Shown here: positions 24,205-39,100 of the stretch, piece after piece
Position numbering within the stretch: the first letter of the stretch is position 1
How the letters are laid out: each line of letters starts with the position of its first letter
Position numbers and translations under genes: made by a program
The notes under the pieces: generated by a model
Databases searched by the model: none
What the model was told of the DNA's origin: nothing
Seen by the model: the letters and a program-made list of their open reading frames with translations, nothing else
Source of the DNA: Octopus vulgaris
Lineage: Eukaryota
Assembly (NCBI GenBank): GCA_951406725.2
Contig: OX597831.1
Coordinates: forward strand, 27,280,001 to 27,344,000
Length of the DNA stretch: 64,000 nt
Reading direction: 5' to 3'

Positions 24205-26849
24205 TAATTTTGTCTTGGTATAAAAGATGGGCTACAGCAAATATTCTGCTCAATACCACAGATTTGCTTGACAGTTGTTTGACTTTAACCAGTTGAGCAT
24301 GTCCCTTAGTGGCTGACGATATGTGCATCTCTGATCACAAGCAGAAGTAGTGGGGGAGCATCAAAGCCATGTGTTCAGAGGGATTCTTTGGGGTTTGAAT
24401 AATTCACCTTTGGAAACATGGGTGATTCTTTCAACATCCTTAAACAACCCTTAATCAGGGACCTTTTGAGCAGGATGGTCTACTCAACCTGAAGAAGATT
24501 CTAACTGGGCCCACCTGCCAGGTCATGTGCTGTTTATCTTGATATGAGATCACCATGTCGCGCACATATGGTTGTGATGCATGTGCCTGGTGTACCTTTA
24601 TCAGACGGGTAGTCATGATGGGTATATTGGGCTTCGTATATTTTACCCCAGTGTCACTTTGATGGCATGAACTGCTCTCTCACTCAATAATAATAATAAT
24701 AATTATTATTATTATTATTATTGTTATTAAGGCAATGAGTTGGCAGAATTGTTAGCACACCAGGCAAAATGCTTAGTGGTATTTCATCTGCCTTTATGAT
24801 TGGAGTTCAAATTCCGCACAGGTCGGCTTTGCCTTTCATCCTTTCAGGGTCAATAGATTTAGGGTCGATGTAATCGACTAGTCCCCTCCCACAAAATTTC
24901 AGGCCTTGTGCCTTTATTAGTAGAAAGGATTATTTTTTTTATTATTATTATTATTATTTTGATGTAGGTGTGGAAGGTAAAACAGAGGAACAGAAGGTTG
25001 GAGGGAAAGAATGAAGGTGAGACAGAAGTAAGATAGATACATGGAAAGAGAGGAAACAGAGGGTGGGTGGGGTGGGAGAGAAGTAAAAATAAAATAAAAA
25101 GAAGTAAAAATAAATAAAATGAAATATTAGAAAATTAGAAACAAAAAATAATAATAAAAATATAAAACGAAACAAAATTTCCTTTAATTTGTTATTGCTG
25201 TTATTTAACCCCAGGTCAAGCCTGACTTAATAGACCTATATGATCAAACAGTTTTCATTTCCAGCCAAGACCATCCCATATATCTTTAGGGATATGCAGG
25301 ACTACAATTTCCAATGTATCCCTTTTTTTACCAAGATGGTGGAATGTGATTTGAGGAAGATTTGGCTGTTATTTCTAGCAGGTTGTTGAAACTCCCCTAT
25401 TAGGTGTTGCTACTCTCTATTAATTTACCCCGAACTCCACTACCCCACTTTGTTGACTTGAATAGTGAATTTAGTTGCCTCCCTTTATGATCCGAGTTCA
25501 AATCCTACTCAGTGTACACTTTACCTGTCATTTTTCCAGGGCAGTGAGGTTGATTATTTGAAATACCAGTGAAATACTGGAGTTGATTTATTTTACCTGT
25601 ACTCTATCTTCCAGTAGTAGTAACCTTCTGTCTATTTATTAAAAAGGTGGTGGTGGCAGTGGGCTTTTTGAGTTACCTCCCTTTATGTTATATGTTACAC
25701 TCCCTCTTGAGTCTATAAAACAGATACTAGACTTACCAAAGAGAGAACTATTGGAAATAGCAGCTAAATCTCCTTCACATAATCACCCTCCATCTTTAAT
25801 AAAAGAACACATTGAATAATGTAGTCCTATGTACATCAAGTGAAACCAGATAGGTTGGTCATGGTTGGGACATCGCTGATCTCATACATGACAGAACAGG
25901 TCTGACCCAGGGTTAAACAAAATCAAACAAAAAATAATATCAGTAAAATACTGGGGGTAGATGTAATCAATTGTTTACATTGCTGGGATGATGGAGATCA
26001 GTGATAAGCAGCCTAAGGTTTAAGGGACTTTCTCAATGGCACCCCTAATGGAAAATGGGAATACCATGTGTATGTATCACGTGAGTGCATTCTCTTGCCT
26101 TGTGGCCCCAGAAGACAAAATGGAAAAGGCACTGCTGCAGAGGATGGCAAGGGAGAAGTAGTGAATAGTCGCAGGGACTCACACTTGCAGATAGCCATCT
26201 CTGCCCCAATAGTGGTGAGCAGGGACTTGACCTGAGGGCTGAGAATGCCAGAGGTCACATCCATAAACTTGTCAGAGAGCAACCAATACTTTGACAGTTT
26301 TCTTTTCTCAGCCTGATGAGCAGCAGAGCCAGGGCTGGTAGATGAACACACCAAGTTACCACCGGAGAAGATATCACAGTACATGGCATCCCAGATGAGG
26401 GGCCCACCACCATGAAATGGAAGAATTGCCATACTGACAGGCCTTTTAACATCCCCTCAGTTTAGTTCCATAGGTTCAAGCTGGGAAGGGAAGCATGTGG
26501 CATCTAGACCATGTTTTATGAAAAGAATTATCTTGAATTATTTTAATAGTGTGGAGAAGAGGGGAGAAAGGCAGGTGGGGGGAGCTTCTTGAAAAGTTCT
26601 TTTCATTCTTGATGATGATGATGATGATCACTAGGTGGAGAGGAGAGGGCATTACCTGTGACCTTTGTAGGTCTTCCCTAAATGGAAAAAGGGTCAGTAG
26701 GTTAATGTTTCAAAGATGTTGCCAAGTTTGTTCATTGTTTTAAAGATGTCAAGGCCAGAGCTTGTGGAAAGAATCACTGAATTTTAAAGACATTATGTAT
26801 ATACAAACACATATGTGTATCTGTGTGTGTGTGTGTGTGTGTGAGTGAG

Positions 26850-26886
<37 letters not shown>

Positions 26887-27025
26887 TAAACATGTAAAAA
26901 TGAATGCAATTAGCAAGTCCTGTTTCAATATAAATGTTTCATGCTAATGAGATACAACTGGGAGGAGGGTTGGCATCACATACATACGTACATACATACA
27001 TACATACATACATACATACATTCAT

Positions 27026-27062
<37 letters not shown>

Positions 27063-27240
27063 TACATATATACATAAAATGATAATGATGAAAATGAAAA
27101 TGTTATTTGTTATATGTGACACAGCCTATATTCAGATTTTAAAAGTCATGAGAGGAAAGCAGTAAATTTATTTCTGGACGCCGACCAAGTTATGGTCCAG
27201 TAAATTATATATGCGTGTATAGGTGTGTGTGTGTGTGTGC

Positions 27241-27295
<55 letters not shown>

Positions 27296-28078
27296 TATAT
27301 ATATATGTATATTTTATCTTTTAATTGTTTCAGTCATTATACTGCGGTCATGCTGGGGCACTGCCTCTGAAGCATTTTAGCTGAGTGAATTGATGCCAGT
27401 ACTCAGTTTTTAAGCCTGGGACTTATTCTGTTGGCCTATGTTGCTGAACTGCTAAGTCATAGTGATGTAAACACACCAACACCAGTTGTCAAGCAGTGGT
27501 GGGGGGACAAAGATATGCATGTACACACACACACACACACACACATGCACACACACATATATGATAAGCTACTGTCAGTTTCCGTCTACCAAATCCACTC
27601 GCAAGGCTTTGGTTGGCCTGAAGCTGTAGAAGAAAGCACTTGCCCAAAGTGTCACACAGTGGGACTGAACCCAGAACCATGTGGTTGGGAAGCAAACTTT
27701 TTACCATACAGCCATGCCTGCACATCAACTAAACATACACACACAAATAGCAGTCACCATGATTGACTGCTAAATCTACCAGCTTTTTGTTCTCTCTCTG
27801 TTTATTTCCATGTGTTCCTTTCTGTTGAAGAGCATAGGCTCGAAATGTAAAAGACTTTTTCACTTTTCTGAGCATCAAACTAATACACCTGCTCATTGTT
27901 TATACACCTGTCTTCGTCTTTTGCTTTTCTGTAAATTCCAACTATATATACACAAATACATACATGAACATGCACGCACAGCACAACTTGTGTTTTCATA
28001 ATCCTCAAAAGTATGTGTCATATTTGGATGGAATAAGTCCGACAATGTTTCACAGTGTAGTCAAGTGTCTTTGTCATC

Positions 28079-28133
<55 letters not shown>

Positions 28134-28517
28134 CAGAGAAAAACAACACCCATCTGTATGGTGGTTGTTAATGTGTGGTTATTATTTTGATGTTTCCGAC
28201 TACACAAATGATCCTTTATTACAAGACCTTTGGGTTTCACAATTGGATAGAGAAGACAGACCTATCCAACCCAAAACAATAGAGCATACCCACCACCACC
28301 CTAGCCCTCTCTTCCTCTCTCACATCCCACATACACACATTCATGTACACACACACACACACACACATACATTAATACATACACACACGCACATAAACAC
28401 ACACACATATATCTCCTTCCATTAATTTTATTCATTGCTTCATTGTGGTGCCATGTGTGTATGTGGGCTGGAGTAAAGGAAAGAGTGGAAGATAAGGATG
28501 AAAGGGGGGAGGGGTGA

Positions 28518-28550
<33 letters not shown>

Positions 28551-31500
28551 GAACAGTTGGAGGAGGAGGACAGCAGAAGGGGAGGAAGGAGATTTGGAGG
28601 GAGAGGAAAAGAAAAGCTGTTAGAGGGATAGGAAGAGAATGTGAATTTTATTAACTCTTTTTAACTTGGACTGTTTTGTTTTTGCTTTTTAATTAGCAGT
28701 TTTAGAGAGAGGGGGAGCAGTATAATTGAAGGGAGAGGGGAAAGTAGGAGGGAAAGGTAGACAGAGATATAAAGAGGTGGGTTGTGCATATCTCCTGCCC
28801 CCAACTAGACAAGAGTGACGAAGCCATTCCACAAGGATAGGACACTAGTTAATTATCCGGTGACTTTCTGCCTCATAAGAGGAAATGATCTCAATATGGA
28901 AAAGCCGACAAATTACCCAGCAGATCTGCGGTGCTATCACAGCTGGCTGTGAAATATTGAGTGGTTCCTCTGTACAACTAGGTAACCTGAGCCGATGAGA
29001 GTTAAAGGTTTTGACCTCCAAGCATGACCCGTTGTTGTTAATAGGTTCTCAGCCAGTAACCACTTAGAAATGTATCATCTCCCAATATTCAGGTGAATGA
29101 GGTGGCAAGCTGGCAGAATCGTTAGCTCACTGGCAAAATGCTCGGTGGAATTTCATCTATCTTCACATTTTGAGTTCAAGTTCCACTGAGGTCGACTTTA
29201 CCTTTCGTCCTTTTGGGCTCAATAAAATAAGTGCCAGTCGAGCACTGGGGTCATTGTAATCAACTTACCCCATTCCCCAAAATTTCTGGTCTTGAGCCAA
29301 TTTAAAAACTAGTATTTAGGCAATGGCATAGCTGTGTGATTAGAACCATGTGGTTTCAGGTTCAGTTCCACTGCATGATGGCACTTTGAGAAAAAGTGTC
29401 TTCTACTATAGCTGTGAACTGACTAATGCCTTGCTAGGAAATTTGGTAGACAGAATCTAAAAGAAGCCCGTCATATGTGTACATGCATATGTGTGAGTGA
29501 ATGTTTACAATCTGGGCTGCAACTGGTGATGTTTGTTGACATTTCCTGTTGACAAATCATCCACTAGCTCTACGCTTTCAAATTCCTCTGGAATAAAATA
29601 TTCTCTTACTTGAAAAACAGGTTAGGGTTAGTGACAGGAGAAGCATCCAGCTGTAAGAATCCTGCTCCAAGGTCCTCCCTACCTACCCTTTGCTAACCTG
29701 GATAAACAGATGTTAAACAAACAAATAAAGCTGACCCTAGCTACTCAGGTGTTTGTACTGTGAGACCCCTATCCACTCAGACATCATGTGTCATCCCACA
29801 ATATTTTGGAAGAAGCCAGCAAATAAAGAAGATTATTTTGTATCTTCCTTTCTTAATAAAACATTCCAGTGTTTCATTTAGCCATCATAGGCAACAGTGG
29901 GAGCACTGTGTACTTGACGTGGGTTTCATAAGTCTGCAAGGTTGGGATCAAACAATGATGTGGGGCAACATCTGCAACTGAGGCCCATACTATATACATG
30001 GATAGTGCTAGTGTTGTAGTAGTGCTGTAGTAATATTGGTATTGCATTGATGTAGGTGTTGTAGTGTTAGTGGTGTGACTGATGTAGTAGTGCTGTATTA
30101 ATGTTTGCATTGTTGTGTTGATATTGTAGTGGTGAGGGTGTCATAGTGGCACTGAAGTAGTGTTAGTATTATAGCAGTGTGGCTGGTGTAGTGGTATGGT
30201 CCAACTGTTATAGTGGTAGTGAGAATGTTACATTGGTATGGTAGTTGTATGGTTGTTATAACAGTGTGATTCTTATAGTGGTGCTATAGTGGTATGGGTA
30301 TTGCAGTGGTGGTGCTGTAGTGGTGTGATGATGATGGTGGTTCTTTAGCCCCCAGGTCTTCCCTGATCCAGTAAACTTATAATTAAAACATTCCAGCCAC
30401 AATCAACCCATCTTTTTCCCTACAGACTGAGAACCAAGGACCATCTTGTCTGCTGTGTCTTTTCTAAAACAGTAGGGTGTGATATGAGGGTGATTTGGCT
30501 GCTATTTCTAGCAGGTCAAGTAACTACCATATACAGGCTTCTTCATTGGTGCATGCAATAGCGGTGCGAAGTGTAGTAGTATTGTGGTAGTGATGCTAAT
30601 GATGGTGTTGGTATGATGTGGTGGTGATGGTGCCACACTGAAGACTTACCATTAAATTCTTTAATTCATCAATAGCTTCGTCCTTTGGTTTATCTTGGCA
30701 AGATGGCTGAAAGAGAAACAAAAACAAAATATTATTGAGTGAGAGAGCAGCACATGCCATCAAAGTGACACTGGGGTACAAATATACGAAGCCCAATATA
30801 CCCATCATGACTACCCATCTGATAAGGGTATAACTGGCACATGTATTACAACCATATATCTGTGACATAGTGATCTCATCATCATCATCATCATCATCAT
30901 CGTTCATATCAAGATAAACAGCACATGACCTTGCAGGTAGGGCCCAGGTAGAATCTTCTTCAGGTTGGGTAGCCCAATCCCACTCAAAAGGTCCCTGAAT
31001 AAGATTTGTGAAAGGATGATGACCGAAACACCCATGATTCCAAAGGTGAATTATTCAAACTCCAAAGAATTCCTCTCAACATATGGCTATGATGCTCCCC
31101 TACTACTTCTGTTTGTGATCAGCGATACACATATCATCAGCCATTAAGGGACATGCTCAACTGGTTAAGGTCAAAACAACTGATGAGCAAATCTGTGGCA
31201 TTGAGCAGAATATTTGCTGTAGCCCATCTTTTACTCCAAGACTAAATATGTACAAGATAACACTTCCAATCAGTAAAAATGAGAAGTTATGAGAGCTATT
31301 GCCTGCTACTGCATCAGGGCATTTATTATTATTATTATTATTATTATTACTCTCACACTGATGCATTCACACACACACACACACACACACGCGCGCACCA
31401 CATACATGTAACATACCCGTCTCATCTTTGCTCCAGTCAGACCTCTTCCATCTCTGATGCGACTCATCATTTCTTCAAGAGCTTTCTTGTGGAGATCTTC

Positions 31501-32094
31501 TTTGACTGTGGTAGTGTTTTCTGTGGATGTACAGAGATAGACATAGATTAATATATAGACAGACAGACAAACACACACACACACAGCTAGAAAGATAGAT
31601 ATACATGACTACAGGGTTTGTGTGTATTTGTTTTGCAAGATTCCTGATGTGAAATTGTGTCTTGAAACAGATATTGTTATATCTGACAATGGCATATTTA
31701 AAATATATATATATATATATTATATAAAATCCATTCTATCTGTCTGTGTGTGTGTCTTCTAGGATCTCAGGCATCCTCCATCTGATTGTGCTCAAATTTG
31801 ATATGTAGATACCGACGGTATCAGGGCATGTATAAGTCTTGAAAAAATTACAAAAATTGATTCCAGGTGAGAATGCGATCCATGAAGCCGTGGGAACGTG
31901 CATTTGTAAAATCGTTTTTCTTGGAATAGAAAAAAAGTCTCTCCATTTCTTCTTTTGCTGGTGTCTCAAATTTAGGTTAAATCAGTGTTTCTCAAAGGGG
32001 AGGCCTATGGGACGGTTGGACAAGTTGTTTTGAGAAAATCTGGTTTAAATGTTGACAACTCAGCACTGTCCATTGGACGGGGAGAATTTTGCTC

Positions 32095-32140
<46 letters not shown>

Positions 32141-32709
32141 GTGCAAACAGGAAAAATTGAACTCAAAATATGAGTATATGTATATCTTTATCAATATTTA
32201 GGATAACCCTACAAACCAGCCTTCACCAGTAAGACATATATATACATATCATGTGATCACGTGACCAACCAGGCTATCAGATGTTGCTACATATTGCTGG
32301 TCACAATGTGCTTCAAGATGACACCACAATGTGCTTCAAGATGACACCACCCCACTGGCTAAGCAAGCAGGCCAACAGAAGAAAGAGTGAGAAAAAGTTG
32401 TGGTGAAAGAGTACAACAGGGGTCGGACCCCTTGCCTCGTGGAGCTTTAGGTGTTTTTGCTCAATAAACACTCACAACGCCCGATCTGGGAATCGAAACT
32501 GCCATGCTACAACCGTGAGTCCGCTGCCTTAAACACTGGGCCATTGCACCTCTACATATATACATATATATATTAATCAGCCGAAATTACTACGATGATC
32601 CGGTTCTTGACTGAAGACTGAGGGCTTCGAATGTCCTGTCTGTGTTTGTTGTATCGTCTTCTAAGTGTTATGCGTTCTTGTCCCAGTTTGTATTTTTCTA
32701 CATATCATA

Positions 32710-32746
<37 letters not shown>

Positions 32747-34869
32747 TATATTGTAAAACAATAATGAAATATTTTGTTCAACAATAACCAAATGTGTTCC
32801 TTACCTTCTTCAGTCTTTGACACTCGAGCTTTCTTTTTCTTCCATCTTGCCAGGAACCTGTCGAAGAGGGGAGGAGGAAGGGAGAGTGAGACTAATCATT
32901 AAGATATAGTAGAAATACATGAGTGTGGATTAGGCAGAAGCACATCATTATTTGAGAGTATAACATGGGTGGCGAATACAGTGGGGATAAAAAGAGAGAG
33001 GGGAAGATAGACAAATATAGAGAGGAACAGAAAGAAAGTAAGAGTAAGGTTGAGTGAGACACAATAATATAGTGACAGAGACTGTGAGTGTGACATAAGG
33101 CAAGATAGAATAATGTAGAGTGAGAGTTAAGAGTTTGAGCCATGAGAGAAAAATATTAAGAGTTGAGGTCAAATGATATATTATATTGTAAAAACTATAT
33201 TGCACTAACTGACCATGTGCCATCAATAATGATGGCAAATTGTAGTATTTCATATATAAATAAGGTACAAAATAAGGTACATAATAAGTGTGGAGGCGCA
33301 ATGGCCCAGTGGTTAGGGCAGCGGACTCGTGGTCGTAGGATCGCGGTTTCGATTCCCAGACCGGGCGTTGTGAGTGTTTATTGAGCGAAAACACCTAAAG
33401 CTCCACGAGGCTCCGGCAGGGGATGGTGGTGATCCCTGCTGTACTCTTTCACCACAACTTTCTCTCACTCTTTCTTCCTGTTTCTGTTGTACCTGTATTT
33501 CAAAGGGCCGGCCTTGTCACTCTCTGTGTCACGCTGAATATCCCCGAGAACTATGTTGAGGGTACACGTGTCTGTGGAGTGCTCAGCCACTTACACGTTA
33601 ATTTCACGAGCAGGCTGTTCCGTTGGCCGGATCAACCGGAACCCTCATCGTCGTAATCGACGGAGTGCTTCCATCACATAATAAGTACCGGTTGAGTACT
33701 GGGTTGATGTAATTGACTTTTTCCCCTTCCCTGAACTTTCGAGCATTTTGCCAAAATTTCAAATTTCAAATTTTGGCAAAATGCTTGAAAGTTCAGGGAA
33801 GGGGATAAGTCAATTACATCAACCCCAGTAAAAAACTGGTACTTATTTTATCGAATTCAGAACATAAAAACATGAAATGCTACTGAGCATTTTGCCTTGA
33901 GTGCTAATGGTTCTGCCAGCTCATTGCCTTAATATTGTATTATACAGAAACAAAATATATAAAAACATTTCATTATTTCAAACCTCTAGATTCTGAGATC
34001 AAATCTAACTGAAGCCAAATCTGTTAACAATTGGTGTATAACAGAGTGGTAGAGTTTAATTGTATCTTTGAATGGTATTTAGTTACATACATCCTTAACT
34101 CGAGTTCAAATCCCACATGAATCAACTTTGCCTGTCACCTATCCAGGATCAGTAAAATAACTTCCAGGAAGGATGAGGTCAATCCACAGAGGGTGATTTA
34201 GCTAGTATTTTTAGCCCCTAAGCTAGTCCCAATCTAGTAAACTTATGATCAAGTATGTTCCAACTGTGACTATCCTGTCTAGATTGCAGACACTGTGTAT
34301 GTAATGTGTCCTTCTATTTTGAGAAAACAAGGGGTATGATTTGAAGAGAATGTAGCTTCTATTTCTAGGGGCTCAAGTGATTCCAAAAGGGACTCTCTGG
34401 TTGGCTTCGCTACCCAAAGACTGCAAAAGTTGAATGAGAAGAGAAAGGGGTCTGTCTGTTAACATTCATCGATCGTAGGGGACAATGAGAAAAGGGACAG
34501 AAACGAGTTAATCAAGTGCAATTCGTTAGCAGTTGGTGTGACATGGGTTAAAAACCAATACTTTACTTACCCCTTGGAGTTCTGAGGTGGTAGTGGTGGT
34601 GGAGGCGGTGGTGGTGGCGGCGGAGGTGGCCGTTTGCTGTCTTCATAGATTTTTTCCAGATCGCTATCTGATGGAATATACAAAGAGATGGATATCGTTA
34701 CTCAGGGTTATAATGTCGGACGTTTGTGTGTTGGTTTAGGTGTGGAAATGTAGACATTATGTCCCCTTTGTGTCCCAAGGAGGAATAGAAATATATATAT
34801 TTGGGAATTGGCACCAAATAATGGTAAGGAATTAAATATTCTAATTACCTCTGTGGATATACATGTGTA

Positions 34870-34914
<45 letters not shown>

Positions 34915-36062
34915 GACACAGATAGTATCGTGTAGCCAGCTGGAGATGATGTCTCCTGGGGCTAAATTACTGCAACATTCATCCTAAACCAGGACTGCCA
35001 TGTTATGTTGGTAAATAATCTTTACTCCAAAGTATTGTTGCTGAATATCTCTTGTTTTGAGATTTACAAATAGTAATTTTCTAATTTGGGTTGGAGTTGG
35101 CTGGTTTAAGTGCTAAAAGGTTAAACAAAGTCACAGGATAATTCATCTAGTCATCCTTAACAATAACTAGATGATCCTTGCCATTCTGACGAATGATTTG
35201 CAGGATCTTTGTTTACTACTTCTAGCAAGTTGTGTGACCATGTAGAGCAGGGTTGTGTGACCATATTTTATCTATGGACCCCTTTGATTACTATTTTATT
35301 CTGGTGAACCCCAATAGCCATTTGATGTTTCATAGAAGCTTCTTTCAAAACCCCTATTTTGCTTTTCACACTTTCACTTGTGTAGGTTGAATCATGTAAA
35401 ACATGAGAGAAAAACCCAGCTGTTTCTTTGCAATACATACCAATACATACATCTAAAGCAAAAGGGTTTCAGGGGGCCCTTCAAATACTAGTGTAGATCC
35501 TCTAATTTACTATTTTGTTGCATGGACCCCAAAAATCTTAAAGGGCCCCTCAAGGGCCATATGGTCCCTGGCTGAGAACCACTGATGCAGAGGCATTTTT
35601 GTTGACTGGTGTGATAGTTACAGAGGTGTTTATTAAAAAAAACAGAAAGGTGAGAACAAGGTAAAACTTACATTTCTTACTTAGACTCTCATACTGCTCC
35701 CGCTGCTGGACCAAATTGTTTTCCAAACTGTTGTTCTGTTCTTCCAGTTCCTTGTTCTTCTTGATTATTTTAATGTTGCCTTCGCTTGATTTGTACAACT
35801 CTATTTCTGCCTTTAAACTGGTGACCTGTGTTCAATATAAACAATGGTTCTTGTATTTGTTATTGTTACAGCTGCTGCTGCTGTTGATACTCTTTTACTC
35901 TCTTTTACTTGTTTCAGTCATTTGAGTGTGGCCATGCTGGAGCACCACCTTTAGTCAGGCAAATCAACCCTAGGACTTATTCTTCGTAAGCCTAGTACTT
36001 GCTCTATCGGTCTCTTTTGTCAAGCAATGTTGGGGGGACAAACACAGACACACAAACATATG

Positions 36063-36109
<47 letters not shown>

Positions 36110-39100
36110 GCATATGTTTGTGCATATCGAGGTGGCGAGCTGGCAGAAACGTTAGCGCGCCGGGCGAAATGCTTAGCGGTATTTCGTCTGTCGTTACGTT
36201 CTGATTCAAATTCCGCCGAGGTCGACTTTGCCTTTCATCCTCTCGTGGTCAATAAATAAAGTACCAGTTTCGCACTGGGTCGATGTAATCAACTTAATCC
36301 CTTTGTCTGTCCTTGTTTGTTCCCTCTATGTTTAGCCCCTTGTGGGTAGTAAAGAAATATATATATATATACATACGACGGGCTTCTTTCAGTTTCCATC
36401 TACCAAATCCACTCACAAGGCTTTGGTCAGCCCGAGGCTATAGTAGAAGACACTTGCCCATGGTGCCACGCAGTGGGACTGAACCCGGAACCATGTGGTT
36501 GGTAAGCAAGCTACTTACCACACAGCCACTCTAGCGCCTATGTTGATGGTAATGTTTGTGTGTTATGTAAGTGTATTCATGCATACCACCACCACCACCA
36601 CCACCACCATTAACACTTCCAAGCAACAACAGATCATCAACCATCACCACTACTACTACAACTACTGCTGCTGCTGCTACTACTACTAGCAGCTGTACAA
36701 CAATTGCTACAACTTCCAGTGACAAACTGACCATCAATCAACACTACCACTTTAGCACCACCATTGCTAACTCTATCACCACTACCATCACTATCACCAC
36801 CACTGCCATCACCACCACCATCATCGTCACAGCTATTACTAGTGATTAACCATTATTATCAACAACAAAAGAATTTTGTCATTAACTTCATGAACGCTAA
36901 CAAATATTGCCATCAAATATACAGACACCTATACCACTGTACACCCACACTTATATACCGCTATATGTACACACCAATGTATACACACATCACTGTAGAC
37001 ATACCTCTTTCTCTGTTTCATCCTTCAGCTCCAGAAGTTCTCGGTTCAACAGCTCAATGTCATCCAAGGCCTTCTGTAGACGTTCATCACCAAAATCTTG
37101 ACACAGTAAGATTCTACTTTGTCTCTTTATCACCTCTGTCTCATGGTGCAACTGATATGGAAATATATAAATTTATTAGTTTGGTGATGCAAACAGGAAA
37201 AATAGAACTCAAAACACAAGTGTATATATATATATATATATATATTATTATTATTATTAATATTTAGAACTAGTTTGATAAGTGTTAATGCATGAAACTC
37301 TTGACCTTCAATTCCTTCTATTGCTTCTGCTATATATATATATATCGTTTGGGGATTTGGTTAGCAAGATTCTTTATGTAAGTTTGTGTGTTGAAGCAAA
37401 TTCTGTTGTGTCTGGGGAAAGTCATTTTCTGTTTGTGCCTTATAATTTAACACACTCACTGGTAAAATTTCCACTTATTTCTTATTTTTATTTTTAAAAA
37501 TATATTTATATACATACATATATTTATAATCATACATATCTCTACATGTCACATTGTGAATTGCAGCTTTCCATTGGTATTTGTTTGTCCTTTAGGGCTG
37601 AAGTGGACTAAGGTGTTATAAATGGAGGCAGTTGAATGCAGATCAGTGATCAGGCTCTTATATTTGAAAGGTCATACACCAAAAGAGACTTTCGATGAGA
37701 TGAAAGAAGTTTATGGTGACAATGCATCCCCAGTTCAAATGTGGTTGGACATCAGTGAAAACTGCTCCTATTCCTGGATGGCTACATACCACCATTGAGA
37801 CGACACCATCCATAAAGTGAAAGCCGCCATTTTGGAGGATCACTGCATAACTATTTGCCAACTAGCCCAAGAAGTGAAGATAAGTGTAGGGTCCATGGAA
37901 AAAAAAAACAGTTACAACTATTTGCACATGTGGAAATTGTCTGTACGAGGGATTCTCTGGATGCTCATACATTTATAGAAGCAGGAACGAATCAGTTGCT
38001 CCAAGGCTCTTTTGGTAATGGGCCAAGAAAATGAGGAGGACTTTTTCAGCAGACTTATCACACAGGATGAAACATGGGTCCATCACTATGAACCTGAGAC
38101 TAAAATCCAGTCGAAGCAACAGAAGCATGATAACTCACCGCCTCCAAAGAAGGCTCATGTCCGACCTTCAGCAAGCATGGTGATGCTCAGAGTCTTTTGG
38201 AACCACCACGGAGTAGTGATGATGGCACCACAATTAACAGGGCATATTATGCTTCTCTGCTGCAGAAATTGCAGGGCACCACTAAAACAGAAAGGCATAG
38301 TTGGCTAACCAAAGGAGTCCGACTCCTCCAAGACAATGCCCCAGTTTACAATGCTCATGTTGTCCAGATGAAAACACACTCCTGCAGCTATGAAATCCTT
38401 CCTCATCCCCCTTACTCTCCTGACCTCACACCATCTGACTTCCACCTCTTTCCAACCTTGAAGGTCTTTTCTGAAGGGGAAGCATTTTTCAGATGATGAA
38501 GAAGTTATTTCTGAGGTAAAGTTTTGGCTCTAGATGTAACCTATTGACTTCTACAGACAACGTCTTCACAACTACATAAAGTGATGTTTGTTTGTTTGCT
38601 TGTTCCTTGTCGAGCCATGCTTGGCTCATAAGGTCCGGTTTCCCGGTTTCCTTGGCGTATAGGTTCCCCACCTGGACAGGACGCCGGTCCATTGCAGGTG
38701 AGCTGCATGATGCAGGAGGAAGGAGTGAGAGAAAGTTGTGGCGAAAGAGTCAGCAGAAGTTTGCCATTACCTTCTGTCGGAGCCGCGTGGAGCTGAGGTG
38801 TTTCGCTCATAAACACACACATCGCCCGGTCTGAGATTCGAACCCACGATCCCTCGACTGCAAGTCCGCTGCTCTAACCACTAGGCCATGTGCCTCCACA
38901 TAAAGTGATGGGAGAAGTGTGTCACCATTGGTGGTGGCTATGTAGAAAAGGACTAATAATTATGTCAAGTTTCATTTATCCCAGTCCTTGGGGAGTGAAT
39001 CAAGGGAAATCTTTAAGGAACACCCCTCATGTGTATCTATCTATATATAAAGTAGACAGATACACAGATACACACACCAATATGCACATACCTTCTTCGC

